From the NCBI RefSeq assembly GCF_024521635.1, contig NW_026250413.1:806001-870000 (forward strand): a stretch of DNA of 64,000 nucleotides, given 5' to 3'. Made by a program: the position numbers and the translations under genes. The notes under the pieces were generated by a model. The model was not told the DNA's origin. It searched no databases and was given only the letters and a program-made list of their open reading frames with translations. The stretch comes from Tricharina praecox (lineage: Eukaryota). Shown here one piece after another: positions 41,160 to 52,600 of the stretch; within the stretch, counting starts at the first letter, position 1, and the number at the start of each line of letters is the position of its first letter.

Positions 41160-41388
41160 TGTTACACCCCAACAGACGCTCACGTAGTTACAGCAAGAGC
41201 GGTTCGTTCGGAAGTGATTGAAACACAGTAATAGATAGTCATAGCATAGAGACGATTAGGGAGGAATGAGCAAATAAGATGCAGACTCTACACAGTGATC
41301 AGTGATGCGGGCGATGCACATTAAAGTTCGATACGGCTGAGACAGCCTGAGGCAGTGCATCATGGAACACCGCAAAAAGATACGCTGA
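41160..41388 (+). mobile_element. 5' part of a diverged family-B-like LTR (LTR-E), outermost visible layer of the nest
   Basis: Starts TGTTACACCCC (B: TGTGACACCCC); block GAGCAAA..CAGACTCTACACAGTGATC..GATGCGGG aligns with the B and C LTR U3. Confidence 0.7.
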
Positions 41389-41560
41389 TGTAACGGCACA
41401 GTCGGGCAAGGCTCCAGTTAGCGTAGTCGGGCGGGGGATCGGGTTCTGGGTTCGGCAGAGGCAAGACGGGTTCAGGGGACAAGGTGAGGCAGGGCTCAGT
41501 GCAGACGGCAACTGAGAACAGAGGCAGGGACAAGGACTACGGCGCAGACGGCAGCCGAGG
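41389..41560 (-). mobile_element. Truncated family-A variant LTR (U5 end), interrupted by TRIM-D
   Basis: TGTAACGGCAC..GGCAGCCGAGG matches the first ~170 bp of 41974-42483, with variant alleles shared with LTR 63059-63568. Confidence 0.9.
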
Positions 41561-41973
41561 TGTCACAGTTCAGAAATCCTGGCCTTAAGTAGCTACTGGG
41601 ATGATGGCCATCAGCCATCAAAATACCTTTTGGTCGAGTGGTATAGTACTTTCCCAGTGTACTTTATTACAGTTTGATGGCTGCAAAGGTCATGAGTTCA
41701 ATTCCCACTGTGAGCAGTTACATTCCTCTGCTGCAGCGTTGTTCAGGAATTGCATGGCTTACAGTGAGTGACGGTTAATGATTCTTATCATGAACTGTCA
41801 CTCATTGGGGGTTAACTACTTGAAAGCTTCCTGGAGTAAGCCCCTAAAGAGGGGATACTGTCACAGTTCACAAATCCTGGCCTTAAGTAGCTATTGAGAT
41901 GATGGCCATCAGCCATCAAAATACCTTTTGGTCGAGTGGTATAGTACTTTCCCAGTGAACTTTATTACAGTAG
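41561..41973 (+). mobile_element. TRIM-D: non-coding miniature LTR element with tRNA-type Pol III promoter boxes in the LTR (LTR1 41561-41722, internal 41723-41858, LTR2 41859-41973 truncated)
   Basis: Direct repeat starting TGTCAC, LTR1 ending GTTACA; PPT AAAGAGGGG-ATAC immediately before LTR2; box A TGGTCGAGTGG 41631-41641, box B GAGTTCAATTCC 41694-41705. Confidence 0.8.
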
Positions 41974-42380
41974 TGTAACGGCACGGTCGGGCAAGGCTCC
42001 AGGTAGCGAAGTCGGGCTCGGAATCGGGTTCTAGGTTCGGCAGAGACAAGACAGGTTCAGAGGACAAGGTGAGGCAGGGCTCAGTGCGGACGGCAACTGA
42101 GAACAGAGACAGGGACAAGGACTACGGCGCAGACGGCAGCCGAGGCAAGGACAGAGGTAACAGTGATTGAATTAACAAGTTGTTGCGTGAAGAACTAAGT
42201 ACAGAGGGGTAACGGCCCGTTTATATAGGAAACCCTCCACTTCTTCTCGCCACCTGACAATAACCGTGGGCGTGTGCCAGACCCTGAGAAATCCACCTTG
42301 CCAATACCCCGCTTCCGTGACTCATACCCTGCGCAGCCGCACTACCCCTGCTTACTGCACACAGCCCCAATTCCTCCGGC

Positions 42381-45300
42381 TCATTCCTGCATTGCGGCCC
42401 GCGCAGCCCCTTGCACTGCCCCCGCGCTGCCTTCCCACCCCTGTTCCGACTCTTCCTCGAACGTCCCGTCGCGAGCCGTGACAGTAGCCCCTCCTAAGGC
42501 TCGAGTTCCCACGAGAGCAAGTTGAACTGGTCCAGGCTTCGTTGGGTAACGTTGGTGGAAGTCGTCCACTGCCTGTACGTCCACAAGGTTCTCCTCAGGT
42601 TCCCACGTCGGTGCCGTGAAACCCCTCCACTTGACTAGGTACTGGAGTCTTCCCCTCAGCGTTCTGCTGTCCAGCACTTCCTCCACCTCCCATTCTTCTT
42701 GGTCGTTCACAATTACCGGTAACGGTGGCGGCAGGATCTGGCCGGGGAGGGGGTCGTCGGCCGATGCATGGAGGAGGGACACTGGGAAGGTGCGGTGCTT
42801 TTGGATGGTGTTCGGGATGTCCAGTTCGTATGCGTGGGTTCCGATGGCTCGGGTAATCCGATAGGGTCCGTGGTGTTTATTTTCCAGTTTTCGGCTTGGT
42901 CGCTCCGTCCGCCAGTTTCGGCCGTCCACCCATACCATGTCTGTGAGACTGGGACGGGTTTGTGTCGTCGGAGTCTATAGTAAAATCGAGGATAGAATAA
43001 AAGTCAGGGATTTCGATAATTCACAACGGAATAATCTTAAGGGTGTTTGTTCGATGGTTTGTTCGGTGCGATGATTGTAGTTTGTTCGGTTGCCCGCTCG
43101 GTTCGACTTATAGTCGTCCCGATCCTCAGCACGTGATTCCTCTAGAGTGCGGCCTAACGTGGCTCCGTTGCTTCCTTTGCATCGGAGTTCCGCGGCCTAG
43201 CCTTGAGTCGTCGTCAGCTCTCTTCGGATAGTCTTCTCGACTAGGCAGGTGGTAAACACCACGCGCCCAAGATAGATCGGAGTTTCCGAGCAATTATCTC
43301 CCTCATGCGCCGGCAGAGTTCTTCGCTCGTAGTTGTCTGCCCCCATCGGTCGATGTTCGATTCTCTCGTCATAACAGTTTTTTCCTGGATCGGAGTTCCT
43401 ACTGCGGGGCCCTATGATCGGAGATCTCAAAGTCCTCTGGACTGTTATCCCGATCTCCCGCATCTCCGATCACTGTCTAGACTCTGGAATCCGTTTGCTC
43501 CCTCCTTCCTATCCTGTCCTTGATCGCTTCTAACTATCCTTTCGGCTCGCAACTCTATTCTAATCACCCGAACTATTTAATCACATCTCTTGCGACCGTC
43601 GTGACCTCCGATACCTATCGGGGTGTCACAATGTCTCCAGGCTGGAAGGCCGGTGCGTGGGTTCGGTGCCGGTCCGTGTTGTCCTGCTGCCGTGCTTGGG
43701 CGTAGCGCATCTCACTTCGGGCAACGTCGTGGATCTGTTGGAGTCGCTCTGCCGCTGTCTGCGCCTGTCGCTCTTCGTTCGTGTCGGTTCGGATGTCAAG
43801 CTCGAAGTCGCAACGGGGGTGGTAGCCTAGGTTAGCAAAAAACAGGGACAGGGTAGTGGTGCCGGATGCCTGGTTGTTGCCAGCGAACTCTGCTAAGAAT
43901 AGGTAGTCGACCCAGTCGTCCTGCAGGTAGCTCACGTATGCCCGGAGGTGTTGTTCCATTACCGCATTCATCCTCTCTGTTTGACCGTCTGTCTGCGGGT
44001 GGAACGCCATGGAGAGCCGTGCGTCGATCTTGAGGCAAGAGCATAGATGTTTCCAAAATCGTGAGGCAAACTGGGGGCCCCGGTCCGATACGATGGTGTC
44101 GGGTAGTCCGTGGTATCTGAAGATCCGATCGCAAAATAGTTCGGCGAGTCCCTCGGAGGTGATGGTCGTGTTGCAGGGGAGCAGGTGTCGTTGCTTGGTG
44201 AGGCGGTCCACAAATACGCAAATGGCATCGAATCCTTTTGAGGGAGGGAGTCCGGTTACGAAGTCGACGGATATATGTTGCCAGGGTTTCTCGGGTACTG
44301 GGAGTGGGCGGAGCACACCGTAGGGGGCGTGTCTTGTTGCTTTGGTTCGTCTGCAAGTGTGGCAGTTCCTCACGAATCAGTCAACGTCCTTCCGCATCTG
44401 GGGCCATTAGTAGTTCCGGGCCAGGAGTTCCAAGGTTTTTGCTCTTCCGGGATGGCCCATAGCCGGCGGGCCGTGGTGGTCATGGATCAGGCGAAGTCTG
44501 AGTGGGTCGTGTTCAGGAACGTAGAGGCAATCGTGGTAATGTAATTGTCCGTTGACTTCGCTGCAGTCGGCGAGCGAGATGTCCTTTGAGTGGCGTGTTC
44601 CGTTTCTGAGCAGTTGGAGGATCTTGTTCGGCACTGGATCTGCCTGATATGCTTTGGTTATCAGGGTAGAGAGTGCGGGACGGGGTACTTCCAACGGGTT
44701 GGTTGCTGACAATCTCAATTCTTCCGGCAGGTTTTGGGGCTTGAGGACTGCTTGTTGGTTCGCCAGCAGTCTTTCATCCCCCTCCTTAGGGAGGTCTCCG
44801 GACCTCCTTGTCAATGCATCCGGTTTCCCTCCTGCTTTACCAGGTCGATAGACGATTTTGAAGCCGAAACGCGACAGGAATTCCGACCATCGTGCTTGCC
44901 GGCGGTTGAGCAACTTGGTTGACATGAAGTATTCCAGGTTCTTGTGGTCGCTCAGGACTTGGATCGGGTGCGCGGCTCCTTCAAGGTGTGGTCTCCATTC
45001 TTCAAAGGCCCGAACAATCGCCAACAATTCTTTGTCGTAGATTTCGTAATTGCATTCCGCCGGGGAGTGTTTCTTTGAATAGAAGGCAACTGGATGCAAG
45101 ATTCCATCGTCGTCGTACTGGGAGAGGATACCGGCCGATACGTAATCCGAGGCATCAGTTTCCACCACTATTTCTCGGTCGTAGTCGAAATGTCGGAGGG
45201 TCGGGGCGCTAGTGAAGGCAGTCTTGAGAGTGTCGAAGGCTTGCTGTTGGTCAATACCCCATTCGAAGGGGACGTACTTCCCATTTTCCTTTTTTGTCAT

Positions 45301-47060
45301 TGCCGTCAGGGGAGATACCACCTTAGAGTAGTCCTGGATAAAGCGTCGGTAGAAGTTCGCGAAGCCCAAAAAACACTGCACATCCGTTACCGTCGTCGGT
45401 TTTTCCCATTCGAGTACGCAAGAGACTTTGGCAGGATCCATCTTAATACCCTCCGTGGTTATGATCAGGCCCAGGTATTTGACCTCCGTCTGGTGGAAGT
45501 GGCATTTCTCCGGTTTTAAATGCAGTCCGGCCGATGAAAGGGCGCGTAGCACTTTGGTGACCTGTGTTCGGTGTTCTTCCAGTGACGCGCTGTAGATAAA
45601 GACGTGATCTAGGAAGCGGTACAGAAGCCGTCCAGGAACGGTCGTAAAACGTCGTTGATCAGGGCTTGGAAGTCGGCTGGCGCGTTGGTTAGCCCGAAAG
45701 GCATTACCAATGATTCGAAAAGTCCGTAGCGGGTCCGGAAGGCCGTTTTCCATTCCTCCCCTTCTGCCATTCGTACCAGGTTGTAAGCACCGCGGATATC
45801 CAGTGTTGTAAAATACTTTGCACCGGACAGTCGCATCAAGGTTTCCTGGAGCAGGGGAAGTGGGTAGCGGTTCTTGATGGTTCCTTCGTTCAGGCCTCGA
45901 TAGTCCACACACAGTCGCAAGGAGCCGTCCGACTTTTTGACAAACAGGATCGGTGATGCCGCTGGTGATGAGGACGCACGGATAAATCCCTTGCTCAGAT
46001 TGTCGTCAAGCCATTCCTTGAGTGCGACCAGCTCGGTTTTGGAGAGCGAATAGAGGGGTCCGTAAGGGGGCACAAATCCTTCCTTTAGTGGGATCTTGTG
46101 GTCGTATTGCCGATGGGGTGGTAGGTTCTGCGCCAACCTTTCGGAGAAGAGGTGGAGAAATTCGTGATATTCGGGAAGAATGTGGGCGGTTGAGCTCTGT
46201 TTTTCTTCAGATAGAACTTCATTGATCTCCCTCAGGGTCGTGGTGAAGATGGTGAGGTTCTCCTTTTCTGCCATCTGCTGGAAAGGCTTCATTCGGAGGG
46301 CTGAGATTCTGACCGTGGGTTTTCTCTGGTTAGCATCCTGCTGGTGTTCATTGATCTGGGGAGACGTAACGCATCGGGCCACGATGTCGCCGGCCCCCGC
46401 GCTTACCGCTGGCTCCTCCAGAGCTACGTTTGGTGCGAGAGCGTAAGGTAGTTCCGGTGGGTCTGTGGTGATACCGTGGGCTACTGTGGGTACCGTATTG
46501 CAGTGTGCAGTGCAATATTGGGAACCAAAGGTGAGGGTGCGTGAGCTGAATCGGATGGCCACGTCGTGTAGGTCCGTCCAGGGAATTCCGAGTACGATTG
46601 GGTAGTGCCCCAGTTTGGTGACGAACATCGGGAGTTCTTCGTGGTGCTCTTGGATTGACAGGGTGGTGGTGGCAACGTGTGTGATGTCGCCGGACTCGAT
46701 GGGGCGGCCGTCGATGACCTCAAGGGCGCGCGGGGATTCAAGGGGTACAAGGGGTAGGTTGTGATGGCGGGCGAAGTCTTTGTCTACAAAGGCGATTCCG
46801 GTTGCTCCACAATCGATCAGCGCATGCGTGGCAATGGTTTTGTCACCAAACGAAAGGTTACATAGTACAACGAGATGTTTTCCTTCCATTGATGATTCCT
46901 CCACTACCATCCCAGACACTGACAAATTGGACAAACGAAAATGAGTAGAAAAGGGAGAAAAAGACTTATCCTGGGTACGACCAACAACGGTGCCATCAAG
47001 CAGTTGTTGGTCTAGGCTTTTCCCGACTGCCCTTGGTTGTCGCCACAATTCTGGTTGCAA
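42381..47060 (-). pseudogene. pol: A1 pol (PR LIDCGA, RT, RNase H, integrase, GPY/F, chromodomain), broken by a frameshift ~45610, stops at 44407 and 44377, and a solo LTR
   Basis: ORF pieces 45609-47060, 44407-45912, 43615-44373, 42381-42938. Confidence 0.95.
42942..43630 (-). mobile_element. Solo LTR of family B inside A1 integrase
   Basis: 689 bp TGT..ACA, near-identical to 48826-49514 and 55506-56193; TSD ATGTC at 42937-41 and 43631-35. Confidence 0.97.
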
Positions 47061-48202
47061 TTGTGGTATGGGTGGTCGGGGGTCAGGGTTCCAGGTTGCT
47101 CGTGCATCAGCTGTGCAGCTGCGGCACGAAAAGGGTTCCGATTCTTGTTCGGGCAGTGTCGGGCCATGTGGCCACTGCCTCCACAGTATAGGCAGCGACC
47201 CTCGCGGAGACGCGCAGCTCGTTCTTGATCAGAGATCTTGCGACTGTTCGCGCTGAGGTCCATAGCCCCTGGGGCTGTTCCGGTTGCAGTGGTTGCCGGT
47301 GGTGTACTGTTATGGGTTTGATTCCTCGGCGGAGCTGGAGGTTGCGGGGTGTGGTTTTGTCGCGGGGGGTTGCGGCGGCCTTCACGGAGTTTGAGGGCAC
47401 GTAGCTCGGAATCGAGGCTCTGGCAGAGAGCCACGAACTGGTTGTAGGTGAGTCCCTGAGTGCGGCCCACCAGTTGTCGGTGGAGCTCGATGGAGACTCC
47501 TTCGCGGAGTGCATCGAGTTTGGCATGCTCGTCCCAGTTCAGCTTGGACACGAGTCTTTGAAACTCCGCAAAGTAAGACGTAAAGTCCTTGTTCCCTTGC
47601 TTGAGGCGGTGAAGTTCGGCGCGTGCGGTGGCTGCTGGGTCGGGATCGCCGAAGGCGTTTTCGAGGATGGTGACCATGGCATCGGCGTCGGTCAAGCTGA
47701 TCACGTTGTTCTGGATGTACGGCAGTATCTGGGCTTGGGCACGGCCTTCGAGACGGTTGAAGGTGTAGGCCATTCTAAGTGCTGGGGACGGGAAATGGGT
47801 AGGGTCGCTGTATAGTTTGAGTCGAAGCTGGGCAACGAACCCTTCGAGCTTCTCTCGAGTGCCATCGAACATGGCTGGCTCCGGGACGCGCTCGGCGCGG
47901 CCCTGGGGTTGGGTTTCTAGTGTGGCGAGACGGTTGGCGATACGACGGGAGTTGGCAAGTTGTTCTTCGAGGTCGTCTATTCGCCAGGTGGGTGCTGCTG
48001 TGGGGGATTGGGTGATTGCACGGGCTATGATTTGGAACTGGCTATACAACCCCGACAGTGTTGCATTGTTGGCGGGTGAGTCGTGGTTAACGATGATCTC
48101 GAGTTGTTCGTAGACGGTGGCGGGAATTTCTCGACAGTAGGGGGGTGCCACCAGTACTTCCTCCTGCTGGGGAGGGTCTGGTGCTGGGGTATTGGTGGCC
48201 AT
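47012..48202 (-). CDS. gag: A1 Gag (396 aa, CCHC knuckle)
   Basis: PEPAMFDGTREKLEGF, LKQGNKDFTSYFAEF, CLYCGGSGHMARHC; open ORF. Confidence 0.95.
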   Translation of the reverse strand: MATNTPAPDPPQQEEVLVAPPYCREIPATVYEQLEIIVNHDSPANNATLSGLYSQFQIIARAITQSPTAAPTWRIDDLEEQLANSRRIANRLATLETQPQGRAERVPEPAMFDGTREKLEGFVAQLRLKLYSDPTHFPSPALRMAYTFNRLEGRAQAQILPYIQNNVISLTDADAMVTILENAFGDPDPAATARAELHRLKQGNKDFTSYFAEFQRLVSKLNWDEHAKLDALREGVSIELHRQLVGRTQGLTYNQFVALCQSLDSELRALKLREGRRNPPRQNHTPQPPAPPRNQTHNSTPPATTATGTAPGAMDLSANSRKISDQERAARLREGRCLYCGGSGHMARHCPNKNRNPFRAAAAQLMHEQPGTLTPDHPYHNCNQNCGDNQGQSGKA

Positions 48203-49656
48203 GGTTCTTCGCTAGGTGGAGAGATGGGCGACGCAACAAAATGTAACGGCACGGTCGGGCAAGGCTCCAGGTAGCGAAGTCGGGCTCGGAATCGGGTTCT
48301 AGGTTCGGCAGAGACAAGACAGGTTCAGAGGACAAGGTGAGGCAGGGCTCAGTGCGGACGGCAACTGAGAACAGAGACAGGGACAAGGACTACGGCGCAG
48401 ACGGCAGCCGAGGCAAGGACAGAGGTAACAGTGATTGAATTAACAAGTTGTTGCGTGAAGAACTAAGTACAGAGGGGCAACGGCCCGTTTATATAGGAAA
48501 CCCTCCACTTCTTCTCGCAACCTGACAAAAACCGTGGGCGTGTGCCAGACCCTGAGAAATCCACCTTGCCAGTACCCCGCTTCCGTGACTCATACCCTGC
48601 GCAGCCGCACTACCCCTGCTTACTGCACACAGCCCCAATTCCTCCGGCTCATTCCTGCATTGCCGCCCGCGCAGCCCCTTGCACTGCCCCCGCGCTGCCT
48701 TCCCACCCCTGTTCCGACTCTTCCTCGAACGTCCCGTCGCGAGCCGTGACACCGTGCTTGGGCGTAGCGCATCTCACTGCGGGCCACGTCATAAATCTGC
48801 TGGAGCCGCTCTGCCGCTGTCTGTATGTGAGACTGGGACGGGTTGGTGCCGTCGGAGTCTATGGTGATATCGAGGATAGAATAAAAGTCAGGGATTTCGA
48901 CAATTCACAACGGAATAATCTTAAGGGTGTTTGTTCGATGATTTGTTCGGTGCGATGATTGTAGTTTGTTCGGTTGCCCGCTCGGTTCGACTTATAGTCG
49001 TCCCGATCCTCAGCACGTGATTCCTCAAGAGTGCGGCCTAACGTGGCTCCGTTGCTTCCTTTGCATCGGAGTTCCGCGGCCTAGCCTTGAGTCGTCGTCA
49101 GCTCTCTTCGGATAGTCTTCTCGACTAGGCAGGTGGTAAACACCACGCGCCCAAGATAGATCGGAGTTTCCGAGCAATTATCTCCCTCATGCGCCGGCAG
49201 AGTTCTTCGCTCGAAGTTGTCTGCCCCCATCGGTCGATGTTCGATTCTCTCGTCATAACAGTTTTTTCCTGGATCGGAGTTCCTACTGCGGGGCCCTATG
49301 ATCGGAGATCTCAAAGTCTTCTGGACTGTTATCCCGATCTCCCGCATCTCCGATCACTGTCTAGACTCTGGAATCCGTTTGCTCCCTCCTTCCTATCCTG
49401 TCCTTGATCGCTTCTAACTATCCTTTCGGCTCGCAACTCTATTCTAATCACCCGAACTATCTAATCACATCTCTTGCGACCGTCGTGACCTCCGATACCT
49501 ATCGGGGTGTCACACCATCTCCCCTCCCACGAGGCTTCGGCCCGAAGCACCCAAGTCCTCGCCTTTATCCTAACTTGATAACTGTGGATGAAGTCCTCCA
49601 ACCCCTTCATCCTACTACCTGCCCGAGTTCGAGAAAAACCATATGGGAAAAAACTC

Positions 49657-52600
49657 TTACTCATCTGTGAGCCGGTAGTCCCTCGGCGCATCGGGATTTT
49701 TGCGATGAAACTCGCGTAGCTTTTCCCGACCGCCTACTGAGAAGTTGTCGAATGGCTCGTTCGTCCAGCCCCGTCGTTCGGGGTAGTTGAGCCATTTGAC
49801 GAGGTAGAGCACTCGTCGACCTTTCTTCGAGCTGCCCATAACCTCATCGACGTCGTATTCTTCGTTGCCTTCCACATCATCGGCCTCTCGTAAGATTTGA
49901 GAGGGATCCGGTGGTGCTCGGGTGCCGGCTCGGAACGGTTCAACGAGCGAGACGTGAAAGACATTATGAATCTTCCACTTCCTTGGCAGAGTGAGCTTGA
50001 CAGCGAGCGGCGATACGATCTTCTCGATTTGGAAGGGACCATGGTTCTTGTGGTCCAACTTCCGCGAGGGTCGGCGGGTTTGAATGTTCCGCCCATTGAG
50101 CATTACCAAGTCTCCTACTTGATAAGCCGGTGCCTCCTGACGATGTTGATCTGCATACTTGCGCATTCGTTCGCGCGTTCGTTCGAGGGTCTTGATGTTT
50201 TCCTCGTGGACTGTATGCATCCAGTGAGCGTAGACCTTGCTGGCGGGGTTGAGAGAATTTGCCGCAGCAGGGTTTCTCGCCGACGGGTGGTATCCGAAAT
50301 TCGCATAGAAGGGCGACATTCCGGTTGCCGATGTAACCGAGTTGTTGTAGGCAAACTCAGCCATCGGTAGGAGATTCACCCAATCGTTCTGTTCGTAGTT
50401 GACGAAGGAGCGGAGGTATGCTTCGATCGTCTGGTTGAGGCGTTCGGTTTGTCCATCCGTCTGTGGGTGGAACGCTGTTGACATCCGGGGCTTAATGCCT
50501 AGCAGCCGGATGAATTCTTTCCATGTACCCGAGGTAAACCGTGAGTCTCGGTCCGACACTATGTCTGCTGGTAATCCGTGAAAGCGCCATATCTCGCGGG
50601 CAAAAATCTTCGCGAGATCCTCGGCTATCTTTCCATCCTTAGGTAGGGGGATGAAATGCGCCATCTTGGTGAAGCGGTCGACGACCACCCATAGCTGGTC
50701 GCATCCGTTGGATTCCGGTAGGTCGGTAATGAAGTCCATGGCTATTGATTGCCATGGGGTGTATGGTAACTCGAGGGGATTGAGTAGTCCATACGGCTGG
50801 TGCCTTGTTGCTTTGTCCTTCTGACACTGCGCGCAACTCCGGACGAAGTCTATAATCTGCTCGTCCATCTTTGGCCACCAGAAATTACGTCGGATAAGTT
50901 CGATAGTCTTGTCCTGGCCCATATGCCCCGCGACTTTCGTATCGTGTTCCGACTCGAGGATGTGTCTGACGAGTTCCTTATCGTCTGGTACCCATAGCCT
51001 TTCTTTCCTATACAGGCACCCCTCTTCCATCCTCAAAATCCTGGCCTTTCGGCCCATCCTGCCAGAGTCCCTACTCTCGGCGGCCAGTTCCCAGGCCTTT
51101 CGGCCCTCCGACTCAGTGTCCTTCTGAGCCGCGTCCTCGTTCGTGTCCTTGATGCTGCTCAGAGCCTCCTGATACCCAGCATCTTCCTTTCCTGCCTTCC
51201 TGACCCAACCCAGAAATTCTTCATTCCACTTTGGCACGGGGATTGAATGTAGCCGAGTTGACGAAACCAGAAACACGGTGCTCTCGCCTCCGGTGCTGAT
51301 TGATGAAACTCTCGGATCGCCGCCTGCAAAGTGTGATTTATGCAGGATCGTCGTAATCGGCTGATCTTCACCCCCCCCTTTTTCAGGGCGGTACTCCGGG
51401 CGCCTGGATAATGCGTCAGGCTTGCCGTTCTGGCTGCCGGGCCGGTAGTAGATTTTGAAGTCGATGCCAGCGAGTTCTTGTGCCCATCTCGCCTGCCGTC
51501 GATTGAGTACTTTCGTGGTTGTGAAGTACTGAAGGTTCTGGTGGTCGCTGTACACCTGGATCTGGTGTTTTGCTCCCTCAACGTATTGCCGCCAGCGTTT
51601 GAAAGAGTCTACTATCGCGAGTAGTTCCTTATCGTGAATCTCAAAGTTGATTTCGGCTGGGGTAAACTTTCTTGAGTGGAACGCAACTGGGTGTAACTTC
51701 CCATCCTCTGTCCTTTGAGACAGGACCGCGCCCAACGCGAAGTCCGAAGCGTCGGATTCCACCACGACAGGTAATTCTGGGTTGAAGTGCCCGAGAATCG
51801 GTGCCGTGGTGAACCTAGACTTCAGCTCCTCGAAGGCCAGTTCCATCTCCGCTGTCCATCTCCAATCCTTCCCTTTTTCTTTTGTGCTCTCGGTCAAGGG
51901 TCTCGTGATCTTTGAGAATTCCTTGATGAAGCGCCTGTAAAAATTGGCGAACCCAAGAAAGGCTTGTACTTCCTTCAGGGACCGCGGCGCCTCCCACGAG
52001 AGCACAGATTCCACCTTGTCCTTAGCCATCTCAATTCCATCTTGGGATATCACGTATCCTAGGAACTCGACTCTCCCTGTCGACCAGACACACTTCTCTG
52101 GTGAGATTGCCAACTTATTTTCTTCCAACCTCTTTAGTACCTCGATGACTATCTTGTCATGCTCCTCGTGCGTCTTCGCATAGACGAGGAGGTCATCGAT
52201 GTACGCGACCAGTCCCAGGTCCAACATATCCCAAAATATGTGGTTAATCATGTCCTGAAACGTCGCTGGAGCGTTGGTCAGCCCAAACGGCATGACCAAA
52301 AACTCAAACAGTCCGTATCGACAGCGGAAAGCCGTCTTCCACTCGTCACCTTCTTTGATGCGGATAAGGTGATAGCCATTCTTCAGATCAATCTTGGTGA
52401 AGACTTTCGCACCCCTGACTCGGTCTTGCAACTCTGCCATGATCGGGAGTGGGTAGCGATTGGCTACGGTAATCTTGTTGATACCGCGATAGTCGACACA
52501 CAATCGGAGACCCCTGCCGTGCGCCTTTAGTACAAATAATATCGGCGCCCCGGCTGGTGATTTGGATCTTCGAATCTTGCCTGTCTGGAGCATCTCCTTG

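Larger units (their letters stand above)
41974..48751 (-). mobile_element. Ty3/Gypsy chromovirus family A, copy A1 (defective pol; LTRs 41974-42483 and 48242-48751; interrupted by solo LTR-B)
   Basis: Two 510-bp TG..CA direct repeats, PPT, gag-PR-RT-RNaseH-IN-chromodomain order. Confidence 0.97.

Noticed and set aside
41606-41712. HDV-like or hammerhead ribozyme in the TRIM-D LTR (GGCCATC/GATGGCT gives a G-U-opened P1; CTGATGG on minus)
   Set aside because: Could not build a consistent P2/P3/P1.1 or a CUGANGA..GAAA core by eye
41624-41717. Functional tRNA gene
   Set aside because: Boxes A/B are present, but there is no acceptor-stem pairing or clean anticodon arm, and it lies inside a repeated LTR
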